64,000 nt of DNA from Candidatus Brocadiia bacterium. Its GTDB lineage: Bacteria; Planctomycetota; Brocadiia; CAIUPP01. The notes under the pieces were generated by a model. It searched no databases. It saw only the letters and a program-made list of their open reading frames with translations, and had not been told where the DNA came from. The position numbers and the translations under genes were made by a program. Each line of letters begins with the position of its first letter. The stretch's first letter is position 1. Shown piece after piece: positions 38,059 through 47,701 of the stretch. The stretch is taken from contig JBEKCB010000009.1 of NCBI GenBank assembly GCA_050015075.1, forward strand, positions 64,001 through 128,000. Direction: 5' to 3'.

Positions 38059-38999
38059 GAACGGCTATTGCGGAACGCGGAATGAACGAAAATAATTCAT
38101 CTCCTGTCAATCCACCTTCCGAAATCAATCCTCAATCCGCAACCTGCATTCCACAATCGTCCGTGGCATTGCGGATCCGCTTTCTCCCGGCCGCGCCGCC
38201 GGGAGCGAAAGTCCTCGCCCGGTTCCGCGATCCGTATGACCGTGTCGCCGTTGCGGAGACGATCCCGCTCGGCCAGCTTCCGCCCGCGGCCGACGCGGCC
38301 GAGCCGTTCGACGATCTCCATTTTCTCTTCCTGCCGAGCGGCTCGACGAACACGCCGTACGAGCAGCAGAAGCGTGGCGAGGACTGGATGCAGGCGCCGC
38401 CCGGCGATCCGTTCGCCGTCCCGCCGATTGACCTGACGCTCCGCAACGACCGCCTCCTCTGGCGCCCGGGCCGCGCACTTGTGCTCGGCGCGCCCGACCG
38501 CATGGACGAAATCCTGACCGCGATCGTCCACTTCGCCTTCTACGAAGGCGAGATGCGCCGCCTCGAACAGGAAATCCGCGAGGACTGGCCGCTCGTCGAG
38601 AAGGACCTGCCGCTCACCCACCAGGTCGGCGCCGCCGACCTCGCGCGCTGGCCCGACGCGAACCGGATGGTGCGGCTCACCGCCCTGCGCCGGGTTCGCC
38701 TCACGCGGCTCGACCTTTACCTTTCCAAAGTCCCCGCGCAGCTCACCGGCAACGTCCGCAAAGTCTACGCCGAACTGCTGCTCTGGTGCGCCGAGCTGCC
38801 CGACCGCTACATCGCCCTGGACGACCAGATCGAGATTTACGAGGACCTTTACGAATCCGCCAACGACCGCCTCAGCGAATACGCCTATTTCCGCAAGGAA
38901 TTCATCATCGAGGCGTGGATCGTCGTCATCCTCGCGCTCGAACTCGCCGCCGTCATCGTCGAACTTGTCGTGACCGTAAAAGAATCCGGCGCGCCGTAG
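38055..38999 (+). CDS. Hypothetical protein with a C-terminal TM helix (RMD1/DUF155- or CorA-like helical region)
   Basis: ATGA overlap with the speE stop. Helical middle region and IEAWIVVILALEL tail. The start may be later. Confidence 0.55.
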   Translation: MRTAIAERGMNENNSSPVNPPSEINPQSATCIPQSSVALRIRFLPAAPPGAKVLARFRDPYDRVAVAETIPLGQLPPAADAAEPFDDLHFLFLPSGSTNTPYEQQKRGEDWMQAPPGDPFAVPPIDLTLRNDRLLWRPGRALVLGAPDRMDEILTAIVHFAFYEGEMRRLEQEIREDWPLVEKDLPLTHQVGAADLARWPDANRMVRLTALRRVRLTRLDLYLSKVPAQLTGNVRKVYAELLLWCAELPDRYIALDDQIEIYEDLYESANDRLSEYAYFRKEFIIEAWIVVILALELAAVIVELVVTVKESGAP

Positions 39000-39124
39000 A
39001 TCCGTCCTGCGCGTCTTTCGCCTTTGCCGTACCTCTTTTCGTATCCCCTCCGACGCGTCGTTGCATTCTCTTTCGCCGCCGACTAAACTGGAAGTTGCGC
39101 TGCACGGACACTGAGGGGAAGTGA

Positions 39125-40075
39125 ATGAAGGGCGGCGATCATGAGGATTTTCGGCGGCTAGCGGCGGAGGCGGTCCTGAAGAACCTGAAGGCGCTGGCCG
39201 CGCAGATTCCGGGCGTGCGCGCGCGGCGCGGGTCGGAGCCGGTGCATGACCTGCGCGTGGCGTCGCGGCGCGTGCGGACGGCGCTGCGGCTGCTCGACGA
39301 TGCCGCGCCCTCGAAGCGTTACCGCCGATGGGACCGCGAATTGAAGCGCCTGGCCTCCGCGCTCAGCCGCGCGCGCGACACGGACGTCCAGGCGGATTTC
39401 CTCCGCGAGTTCCTCAAGGCCCATCGCGACGCGCGGCTCAGGCCGGGCATCCGGGGGCTGCTCCTCCGGCTTCGTGACCGCCGCGGGAAGCAGCAGGTCA
39501 AAGTCCTCAAGGAGCTCGACCGCTTCGTCGCGCGCGGCACGCTGCGCAAAATCCGGCGCGAGTTCCAGCGGCTCAAGAAGGACCGCCGGCGCGCAGGCCG
39601 GAGTCTCTCCGGGTTCGCGGTCGCGGAGAAGCCGGCTGATGCCGCCGGGCCGATCCTCAAACGGCTCGACCAGATGCTCGCGTACGAGCCGTTCATCGCG
39701 CGGCCCGAGCGGCGCAAGGAACTTCACCGCATGCGCATTGCGGCGAAACACTGCCGGTACACGATGGAGGCGTTCGCGCCGCGTTACGGCGGCCGGCTCG
39801 CTCCCTGGATCCGCGCGATGCGGCAGATCCAGACCGGGCTCGGCGAGATTCACGATTGCGACGTGTGGATTCACGAGGCGCTGCCGAAGTTTCTCGCCCG
39901 CGAGCGCGCGCGGCCCGCGTTTGCGGAGATCTCGCCGGGCATCGCGGCGCTGCTCCGCGACCGCCGCCGCCGGCGGAGTGCAATTTATCGGGCGTTCCTG
40001 CGGCGCTGGAAGGAACTGCGCCGGAAGAAATTGTTCGAGCGGCTCGCCGCCGAACGGATGACCGAAGGGGACTGA
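39125..40075 (+). CDS. CHAD domain (polyphosphate-binding) protein
   Basis: VHDLRVASRR.R, ARDTDV, LH.MRIAAK..RY..E, LG.IHD.DV. Very Arg/Lys-rich. Confidence 0.92.
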   Translation: MKGGDHEDFRRLAAEAVLKNLKALAAQIPGVRARRGSEPVHDLRVASRRVRTALRLLDDAAPSKRYRRWDRELKRLASALSRARDTDVQADFLREFLKAHRDARLRPGIRGLLLRLRDRRGKQQVKVLKELDRFVARGTLRKIRREFQRLKKDRRRAGRSLSGFAVAEKPADAAGPILKRLDQMLAYEPFIARPERRKELHRMRIAAKHCRYTMEAFAPRYGGRLAPWIRAMRQIQTGLGEIHDCDVWIHEALPKFLARERARPAFAEISPGIAALLRDRRRRRSAIYRAFLRRWKELRRKKLFERLAAERMTEGD

Positions 40076-40105
40076 ATCAGGTTTTTCGAAGGCGATGGTG
40101 AACGG

Positions 40106-41485
40106 ATGAAGGTCGCCCTGATCGCCGACATCCACGCGAACCTGCCCGCGCTGCAAGCGGTCCTCGCGCACGCGCGCAAGCGGAAAGTGAAGGCCATCTG
40201 GAACGCGGGCGATTTCGTCGGCTACGGGCCTTTCCCGGACGAGGTCGTCCGGCGCGTGCGCGCGGAGAAGGCGCTCAGCATCGCGGGGAATTACGATCTC
40301 AAAGTCCTCCGCGCTGACCGCCCGCCGCGCGCGAAGGACAAAGACCCCGAAAAACGATACGCGTTCAAGTGGGCGCTCGACAACCTCTCGCCGGAGAGCC
40401 GCGAGCACCTGGCCTCGCTGCCGAGGGAACTGCGGCTGAACGTCGCGGGCTGGCGCGTGCTCCTCACGCACGGCAGCCCCGAATCGAACAAGGAGCACCT
40501 GACGCCCGAGACGCCGAAGTCGCGCCTGCGCCGGCTCGCGCGGAAGGCGAAGGCGGACCTGATCGTCTGCGGCCACTCGCACGTCCCGTTCGCGCGCAGG
40601 ATCGGCGCGCACTGGTTCGTCAATCCCGGCAGCGTCGGCCGGCCCGACGACGGCAATCCGCAGGCGTCGTACGCGGTGGCGGACCTGCGGCGCGTCGCCG
40701 ACGGCTCCCGGCCCGCCCCGCTCGTGGTGCGGCATTACCGCGTGCCGTACGACGCGGCGCGGACGGCGGAGCACAGCCGGCAGCTCGGCCTGCCGGAGTC
40801 GTTTGCGCGGATGGTGCTCGAAGGGCGCTCGCTCGACGGCGTGCAGCGCTGGGCCGAGGCGCGCGCGGTGACGCGGGCCTCCGCGCCGGCCGAAGGCGAG
40901 GCGGACGCGCCGCTCCAGGCGGTGCTCCAGCTCGCGGAGAAGTGCGATCACGAGCCGGCGCACGCGCGGCACGTGACGCTGCTGGCGCTGCGGCTCTTCG
41001 ACGAACTCCAACCGCTGCACGGGCTCGGCGCCACGGAGCGCTTCTGGCTGCACTGCGCCGGGCTGCTGCACGACATCGGCTGGATCAAGGGCCGCAAAGG
41101 ACACCATAAGACGGCGCTGCGCATGATCCTGACGACGCCGGACCTGCCGTTCGAGCGGCGCGAGCGCGAGATCATCGGCTGCGTGGCGCGCTATCACCGG
41201 CGCGGGCTGCCGACGCTCAAGCACGAGGCGTTCGCAGCGCTGAGCGCCCCGGACCAGCGCGTCGTGCGGCGGCTCGCCGCGATCCTGCGCGTTGCCGACG
41301 GCCTCGACCGCACGCGCCAGGGAGCCGTGAAGGACGCGACCTGCGCGATCGGAAAGAACCAGGTCAGTGTATACTGCCTCGTCCTGCAGCCCGCCGAGGA
41401 TGAGCAGCGCGAGGCGCTGAAGAAGGCCGACCTGTTCGAGAAAACCTTCGGCCGAAAGCTCGTGATCGAATGGCGACTGACGTGA
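40106..41485 (+). CDS. Calcineurin-like metallophosphoesterase fused to a Ppx/GppA-type HD domain
   Basis: DIHAN, GD.VGYG, GNYD, HGSP, GHSH, NPGSVG; then HA.HV, LHDIG, HHK, LRVADGLDR. Confidence 0.88.
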   Translation: MKVALIADIHANLPALQAVLAHARKRKVKAIWNAGDFVGYGPFPDEVVRRVRAEKALSIAGNYDLKVLRADRPPRAKDKDPEKRYAFKWALDNLSPESREHLASLPRELRLNVAGWRVLLTHGSPESNKEHLTPETPKSRLRRLARKAKADLIVCGHSHVPFARRIGAHWFVNPGSVGRPDDGNPQASYAVADLRRVADGSRPAPLVVRHYRVPYDAARTAEHSRQLGLPESFARMVLEGRSLDGVQRWAEARAVTRASAPAEGEADAPLQAVLQLAEKCDHEPAHARHVTLLALRLFDELQPLHGLGATERFWLHCAGLLHDIGWIKGRKGHHKTALRMILTTPDLPFERREREIIGCVARYHRRGLPTLKHEAFAALSAPDQRVVRRLAAILRVADGLDRTRQGAVKDATCAIGKNQVSVYCLVLQPAEDEQREALKKADLFEKTFGRKLVIEWRLT

Positions 41486-41558
41486 CGGTTCTGAAACAAG
41501 ATCCGCCAATCCGGAAGATGAGATTAGTCGAATAGGTTTTATCAAGGGAATCGCGCCC

Positions 41559-43148
41559 ATGCCGCCTGAGACGACATCCTCCGACGGCCGCATCGTCGGC
41601 TTCATGGACATCGGCACGAACGCGGTGCGGCTGTTGCTGGTGCGGTTCAACCCGAACCGGTCGTACACCATCCTGACGCGCCAGCGCGAGGCGGTGCGCC
41701 TCGGCGAGGGCGAGTTCCCGGAGCAGCGCCTGCAGCAGCAGGCCATGCACCGCGCCGTGCTCGTCTGCGCGCGGTTCGCCGACATGGCGCGCTCGTACGG
41801 CGCCGCGGAGATCGTGGCCGTCGCCACCTCCGCCAGCCGCGAGGCCGAAAACCAGCGGCGCTTCCTCAAGCTCCTCGAGCAGAAGGCGCGCCTCGACGTG
41901 CGCGTCGTCTCCGGCAAGGAGGAAGCGCGCCTGATCTACCTGGGCGTCTCCAGCGGCGTCAACCTCGGCGGCCGGCGCGCGCTCTTCCTCGACATCGGCG
42001 GCGGCAGCACCGAGGTCGCCGTCGGCGATCAGCACCAGTACCAGCACCTCGACTCGATCAAGCTCGGCGCCATCCGCCTGACCACGCTCTTCTTCCTGCC
42101 CGGCGAGACCGACCCGATCCCGCCGGCGCGCTACAACCTCGTCAAGGCCTACGTCCGCAACATCAGCGTCCGCGCCGTCCAGAAACTGCGGCAGCACAAA
42201 TTCGACATCGCCGTCGGCTCGTCGGGCACCATCGTCACCCTGGCGGAAGTCGCCGCGCGGCTCTTCCGCAAGCGGCCCTGGCGCAAGGACGACACGCTCA
42301 CCCGCGAGCAACTGCGCGAAGTCATCCGCCTGCTCTGCTCGCTCTCGACGGAGGAACGGCGCAGCGTGCCGGGCATGAACCCGGAGCGCGCGGACATCAT
42401 CATCGGCGGCGCGGCGGTGCTCGACGTGCTGATGGAGGAGTTGAAGCTTCCCGACCTTCGCGTGAGCGAGCGCGGGCTGCGCGACGGGCTGCTGATCGAG
42501 TACCTTTCGCGCACCGAGCACGGCGGGCTGGAGCCGGTCGGGTTCCGCGAGCGCAGCGTGCTGCAGCTCGGGCGGTCCTGCGGGTTCAACGAGGCGCACG
42601 CGCGGGCGGTTGAGCGCCTGGGGCTGGAGCTCTTCGACACCGCGCGGGAGCTGCGGCTGCACCGGCTCGGCGACTGGCAGCGCGAGTTGCTCGGCTACTC
42701 GGCGCTGATGCACGACCTGGGCATGTTCCTCTCGTACGACAACCACAATGCCCACTCGGCATACGTCATCCGCAACGCCGAACTGCTCGGCTTCGACCAG
42801 ACCGAGCAGGCGATCATGGCGGCCACCGCGCTCTTCCATGGCAAGGCGCTGCCGCGCAAGAGGAACCCGGAGTTCGCCGCGCTCGACAAGCGCTCGCGCG
42901 AAATCGTCCGGGTGCTGTGCATCTTCCTGCGCCTGGCCGAGAGCCTCGACCGCAGCCACATGGGCGTCGTCGAGCATGCCCGCTTCACCGCCGTCGGGCG
43001 CAAGCGCGCCGTGCTCGAAATCAACTCCCAGCAGGACTGCCAGCTCGAGCTCTGGGGCCTGGCGAACCACGAGAAGGGGTTCTCGAAGGTGTTCAAGAGA
43101 AAACTCGTCGTCGAAGGACCGACCCGTACGGGAAGCAAGAACCCCTGA
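41559..43148 (+). CDS. ppx: Exopolyphosphatase Ppx/GppA with HD domain
   Basis: DIGTNAVR, ATSA.REA.N, G.EEA.LIY, DIGGGSTE, RADII, GLRDG, MHDLG. Confidence 0.93.
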   Translation: MPPETTSSDGRIVGFMDIGTNAVRLLLVRFNPNRSYTILTRQREAVRLGEGEFPEQRLQQQAMHRAVLVCARFADMARSYGAAEIVAVATSASREAENQRRFLKLLEQKARLDVRVVSGKEEARLIYLGVSSGVNLGGRRALFLDIGGGSTEVAVGDQHQYQHLDSIKLGAIRLTTLFFLPGETDPIPPARYNLVKAYVRNISVRAVQKLRQHKFDIAVGSSGTIVTLAEVAARLFRKRPWRKDDTLTREQLREVIRLLCSLSTEERRSVPGMNPERADIIIGGAAVLDVLMEELKLPDLRVSERGLRDGLLIEYLSRTEHGGLEPVGFRERSVLQLGRSCGFNEAHARAVERLGLELFDTARELRLHRLGDWQRELLGYSALMHDLGMFLSYDNHNAHSAYVIRNAELLGFDQTEQAIMAATALFHGKALPRKRNPEFAALDKRSREIVRVLCIFLRLAESLDRSHMGVVEHARFTAVGRKRAVLEINSQQDCQLELWGLANHEKGFSKVFKRKLVVEGPTRTGSKNP

Positions 43149-43218
43149 GAAAACGCGCGCCGGGCGCGCATTTTCTATTGATGCGCCAGCCGCGCAGCCG
43201 TTGGCGCGGCTAATGTGC
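43148..43218 (+). repeat. 71-bp dispersed double-hairpin element, copy 1
   Basis: Near-identical to 54796-54866. Confidence 0.9.
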
Positions 43219-43242
43219 CCGGAATAAAGAAGGAGTCCATCC

Positions 43243-43656
43243 ATGCGTACCGCAGCCTTGGGTCTGGTGTTTGCCGGTATCGCGACGTTGTTCACGGGCT
43301 GTGCCTCGCATCGCGATCAGCGCGGCGCCACGGCGGAGAGCGCGCCCGAACTCGTCAGCCGCTTTGATGCCGCCTCTGCGATCAGCGACTTTGCCACGCG
43401 CGACCAGGCGCTTGCCGAGGTCGCCTGGCTCGGCGCGCAGGCCGACGACAGCCGCATGGTGCTCAACTGCCTCGGCGCAATGCGCGACTCGCCCGTGCGC
43501 GACCAGGCCGCCTACCAATGCTCCGGGCGGCTCGCGGAGGACGGCTGGGTGCCGCAGGCCGTCGCCGTGGCGCAGACGATCGGCGACTCGACCGTCCGGG
43601 ACCGCGCCCTGTCGAAGATCGCCCAGAGCAGCCCCTATCCCATCGCTCCGCCGTGA
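43243..43656 (+). CDS. Small lipoprotein with three helical repeats
   Basis: Lipobox LFTGC. Repeated (I/M).D...RD.A motif. AAGGAG RBS. Confidence 0.7.
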   Translation: MRTAALGLVFAGIATLFTGCASHRDQRGATAESAPELVSRFDAASAISDFATRDQALAEVAWLGAQADDSRMVLNCLGAMRDSPVRDQAAYQCSGRLAEDGWVPQAVAVAQTIGDSTVRDRALSKIAQSSPYPIAPP

Positions 43657-43693
43657 CCGCTGCGGGGACGCGGCGACTGACGCCGCCGGCGGT

Positions 43694-44503
43694 TCACCGC
43701 AGCCGCACTTTCGACACGTCGAACGACGGCGGCGGGAGCTTCATGCCCATCTCGTCGAGCGCCTCGACGATGATCTGCGAGACGGCGAGGTTGCGGAACC
43801 ATTTGTGGTTGGCCGGGATGATGAACCACGGCGCCTCGTCGGTGCTGCAGCGGCTGAGCGCCTCCTCATAAGCCTCGACGTACGCGCCCCACCGCGTGCG
43901 CTCCGCCAGGTCGGCCGGCGAAATCTTCCAGTTCTTCGCCGGGTCCTTCAGCCGCTCCTCGAGCCGTTTGCGCTGCTCCGCCTTGCTGATGTGGAGGAAG
44001 AATTTCAGGATGCGGATGTTGTTCTCCGAAAGGATCTCCTCAAACCGGTTGATCTGGCCGTACCGGGCGCGCCAGACTTTCTCGCTGACGAGGCCATGCA
44101 CGCGCGCGACGAGGACGTCCTCGTAGTGCGAACGATTGAAGATGCCGATCTCGCCTTTCGCCGGCATCGCGGCGTGGATGCGCCAGAGGAAGTCGTGCGC
44201 CAGTTCCATCGCCGACGGGACCTTGAACGACGTCACGCGGCAGCTTTGCGGGTTCAGGCCCGACATGACATGCCGGACCGTGCCGTCCTTGCCGCCCGCG
44301 TCCATCGCCTGGAGCACGACCAGCAGCGCCCGCCGACCCTCCGCGTAGAGCAGGTACTGCAGGTCCGACAGCCGTTCGAGGTTCTTCTGCATCGGCTTTT
44401 CGGCCTCGGACTTGTCGCGCAGGCCGCCGGCATCGTCCGGATCATACTCCTTCAGCCTCACGCGCGCGCCCGGCTTGACACGGAATTGCTTGTGGTAGTT
44501 CAT
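43694..44503 (-). CDS. ppk2: Polyphosphate kinase 2, class III-like (polyP:nucleotide phosphotransferase)
   Basis: LQAMDAGGKDG, FKVPS..EL.HDFLWR, FNRSHYEDVL, KFFLHIS, APW.IIPANHKWFRN. Confidence 0.93.
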   Translation of the reverse strand: MNYHKQFRVKPGARVRLKEYDPDDAGGLRDKSEAEKPMQKNLERLSDLQYLLYAEGRRALLVVLQAMDAGGKDGTVRHVMSGLNPQSCRVTSFKVPSAMELAHDFLWRIHAAMPAKGEIGIFNRSHYEDVLVARVHGLVSEKVWRARYGQINRFEEILSENNIRILKFFLHISKAEQRKRLEERLKDPAKNWKISPADLAERTRWGAYVEAYEEALSRCSTDEAPWFIIPANHKWFRNLAVSQIIVEALDEMGMKLPPPSFDVSKVRLR

Positions 44504-44524
44504 GCGCGGCCTCCGGTTTATGGC

Positions 44525-44580
44525 GACGATGGACCATGGACGATGGACGATCGTCTATCGTCTATCGTCCATCGTCCTCC
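44525..44580. repeat. Inverted heptamer array, (GGACGAT)n/(ATCGTCY)n
   Basis: GACGATGGACCATGGACGATGGACGA-TCGTCTATCGTCTATCGTCCATCGTC. Confidence 0.75.
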
Positions 44581-44783
44581 GTTCCCCCGCAACCTTACCA
44601 AAGCGCCCGCCTGAAGTCCACGCCGCGCGTGTTCTTGAAGATCATCCACTTTCGCCTTGCGTCCGCCCGCCCGGGAATCTATACTGAATTTTCACGGGAC
44701 AACCATCCTTTTCTAACCTTCACCTTGCAGAATGGCGGACGATGGGACCTGTTTCTGACAAGCGAAGAAGGCGAAAGCATCGC

Positions 44784-47021
44784 ATGAACCCGCTCCTGGG
44801 ACCGGATCAGCCGCAGGCGGGCAACCCGGCGCCGCCGGCGGCGCAGCTCTCCGTTGCGGTGACCGCGCCGGAGACGGCCGGCGCGCTCGTGGCCGTCGCT
44901 CCGCCGGCGGAGTTCCTCAACCGCGACTTGAGCTGGCTGGAGTTCCACCGGCGCGTGCTGCACGAGGCGCTCGACGAGCGCACGCCGCTGCTCGAGCGGC
45001 TGAAGTTCCTCGGCATCTGCGCCTCGAACCTCGACGAGTTCTTCATGAAGCGCGTCGGCTGGGTGAAGCGCCGCCTCGAGGAGGGCGCCCTGCCGCGCAC
45101 CGCCGAGGGCCTGCCGGCGCACGAACTCCTCGCGGCGTTCCGCCAGCGACTGCTGCCGATGGTCGCGCAGCAGGCCGAATGCTTCACGAACGTCCTGCGC
45201 CCGAAGCTCGCCGAGGCGGGCATCCACCTGCTGAAATGGGAGGAGCTCAGCGCGCCGGAGCGCGCCGCCGCCGAGGCGTTCTTCAAGACCAGCGTCTTCC
45301 CCGTCCTCACGCCGCTGGCGGTGGACCCGGGCCATCCGTTCCCGTTCATCTCGAATCTCTCCGTCTCGCTCGGCGTGACGCTGCACCACCCGGACCGCGA
45401 GGGCGAACTCTTCGCGCGCGTCAAAGTGCCCCAGGTGCTGCCGCCGTGGGTGCGCGTGGACGCGGGCGAGCCCGGCGCGCACCGGGTCATCTCGCTCATC
45501 GAACTCATTCGCCACAATCTCAAGGACCTCTTCCCGGACATGGCGATCACGGACGTGATGACGTTCCGGATCACGCGCAACGCCGACGTCGAGCGCGACG
45601 AGGAGGACGCCGACGACCTGCTCGAGATGGTCGAGGACGAAATCCGCCGCCGCCGGTTCGAGCGCGCGGTCCGGCTCGAGTGCGCGCCGAATCCCAGCCC
45701 GCGCATGCTCCGGTTCCTCCTCGACGAGCTCCAGTTGACCGAGCAGGACGTGTACGACCTGACCGACGTGATTGATTTCGCCTGGGTCCGGCCGATCGCC
45801 GAGATCAATCTGCCGAAGCTGCGTTACGAGCCGTGGACGCCGCTCGTCCCGCCCGCGCTCGACAACGCCGAGGCCGACATCTTCACCCTCATCCGCGCCG
45901 GAGACCTGCTCGTCCATCATCCCTACGACGACTTCGAGACCAGCGTCGAACGCTTCATCCGCTCCGCCGCCGAGGACCCGAAGGTCCTCGCGATCAAGAT
46001 GACCGTGTACCGCGCCGGCGCCGAGAGCCCGCTGATTCAGCAACTCATCCGGGCCGCCGAGTCCGGCAAGCAGATCGTCTGCCTCGTCGAGCTCAAGGCG
46101 CGGTTCGAGGAGGAGCGCAACATCTATTGGGCGCAGGCGCTCGAAAAGGCCGGCGTCCACGTCGTGTACGGCATCGTCGGGCTCAAGACGCACGCGAAGG
46201 CCGCCCTGGTCGTCCGGCAGGAGCCCGAGGGCGTGCGCTGCTACGTGCACGTCGGCACTGGGAATTACCACGCGCAGACCGCGCGCACTTACACCGACCT
46301 GAGCCTGATGACCTGCAAGACCGACTTCACCGAGGATGTGGTGGAGCTTTTCAATTACCTCACGGGCCGGTCGCTGCAGCGGCAGTACCGCAAGCTGCTT
46401 GTCGCGCCGCTGGGCATGCGCGACCGGTTCCTCGCGATGATCGAGCGCGAGGCCGAGCACGCCAGGGCCGGCCGGCCGGCGCAGATCATCGTCAAGTGCA
46501 ACGCGCTCGAGGAGCGCACCGTCTGCCGGGCGCTTTACCGCGCCTCGCAGGCGGGCGTGAAAATTGATCTCATCATCCGCGGCTTCTGCTGTCTGCGGCC
46601 GTGCGTCGCCGGCGTGAGCGAGAACATCCGGGTGATCTCCGTCATCGGCCGGTTCCTCGAACACTCGCGCGTCATCTACTTCCGCAACGGCAACGCCGAT
46701 CCGCTCCTGGGCGATTTCTACTTCGGTTCGGCCGATTGGATGTACCGCAACCTGCTGGCGCGGGTCGAGATCAGCGCGCCCATCGAGGATCGCCCGTTGC
46801 GCGAGATGGTCTGGACGATCCTCCAGGTCATGCTCCACGACCGGCGCCAGGCCTGGGACATGCAGCCCGACGGCTCCTACGTCCAGCGCCAACCGCCCGC
46901 CTCCGCCGACCCGGCCGGCGGAATCACGGCGAAGGCGGAGCTGCTCGGCACGCACCAGGTGCTGATGGACCTCGCCCGAAGCCGCGTCGCCGCTGCGCCC
47001 GAGCACGAGAACGGCGCATAG
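44784..47021 (+). CDS. ppk1: Polyphosphate kinase 1
   Basis: NRDLSWLEF, SNLDEFFM.RV, HPFPFISN, HHPY, VELKARFEE, KTHAK, GTGNY, GRFLEHSR, SADWM.RN. Confidence 0.96.
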   Translation: MNPLLGPDQPQAGNPAPPAAQLSVAVTAPETAGALVAVAPPAEFLNRDLSWLEFHRRVLHEALDERTPLLERLKFLGICASNLDEFFMKRVGWVKRRLEEGALPRTAEGLPAHELLAAFRQRLLPMVAQQAECFTNVLRPKLAEAGIHLLKWEELSAPERAAAEAFFKTSVFPVLTPLAVDPGHPFPFISNLSVSLGVTLHHPDREGELFARVKVPQVLPPWVRVDAGEPGAHRVISLIELIRHNLKDLFPDMAITDVMTFRITRNADVERDEEDADDLLEMVEDEIRRRRFERAVRLECAPNPSPRMLRFLLDELQLTEQDVYDLTDVIDFAWVRPIAEINLPKLRYEPWTPLVPPALDNAEADIFTLIRAGDLLVHHPYDDFETSVERFIRSAAEDPKVLAIKMTVYRAGAESPLIQQLIRAAESGKQIVCLVELKARFEEERNIYWAQALEKAGVHVVYGIVGLKTHAKAALVVRQEPEGVRCYVHVGTGNYHAQTARTYTDLSLMTCKTDFTEDVVELFNYLTGRSLQRQYRKLLVAPLGMRDRFLAMIEREAEHARAGRPAQIIVKCNALEERTVCRALYRASQAGVKIDLIIRGFCCLRPCVAGVSENIRVISVIGRFLEHSRVIYFRNGNADPLLGDFYFGSADWMYRNLLARVEISAPIEDRPLREMVWTILQVMLHDRRQAWDMQPDGSYVQRQPPASADPAGGITAKAELLGTHQVLMDLARSRVAAAPEHENGA

Positions 47022-47174
47022 GCGGCACGGGATTTCACCACGAAGGACACGAAGGCCGGATTTTAAAGCGCTGGTTCACATGGTTATTCTTCCCATTACT
47101 CCCATTCTTCCCATTCTTCACATTCTCTGCGCGTTCCTGCCGGCGAAGCCTGGTGTTGAGCCGAGGAGAGCGAT

Positions 47175-47642
47175 GTGAAACAGACCCTGATCGCGTACTA
47201 CTCGCGCACCGGCGGCACGCGCAAAGTCGCCGAGCAACTCGCCGCGATCCTCGATGCCGACCTCGAGGTAATCCGCGAGGCGAAAGACCGCTCCGGCGTG
47301 CTCGGATTGCTGAGCGCCGCGTGGGACTCCACGCTCAAACGCGAAGCGGACCTCGCCAGCAAGCACAGCGGCGAGGGGCGCAAGACCATCGTCATCGCGA
47401 CGCCCATCTGGGGATTCAGACCGCCGCCCGCCGTGCGGAGCTATCTCAGGAAGGTCAACCTCGCCGGAAAGAAAGTCTGCGCCGTCTGCACTTTCTACGG
47501 GATGGGCGGCGACTGGGTGCTTGACGCCATCGCCGCGATGGTCCCCGGCGGCCTCGCCGCGCGGCTCGCCCTCAGGCGACCCGCCGCCCAGCAGAATCTC
47601 GCCGCGACTCTCAAAGAATGGGCGAAACAGGTCGGCAGGTGA
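47175..47642 (+). CDS. Flavodoxin-like protein
   Basis: YYSRTG.T..VA, TPIW, CT..G.G. GAGGAG RBS. Confidence 0.8.
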   Translation: MKQTLIAYYSRTGGTRKVAEQLAAILDADLEVIREAKDRSGVLGLLSAAWDSTLKREADLASKHSGEGRKTIVIATPIWGFRPPPAVRSYLRKVNLAGKKVCAVCTFYGMGGDWVLDAIAAMVPGGLAARLALRRPAAQQNLAATLKEWAKQVGR

Positions 47643-47701
47643 GGCTTTCGGGACCGGCGTCGCGGGCAAATCCGCCGCCTGCCGGGCCGCGGCGCCGGCG
47701 G

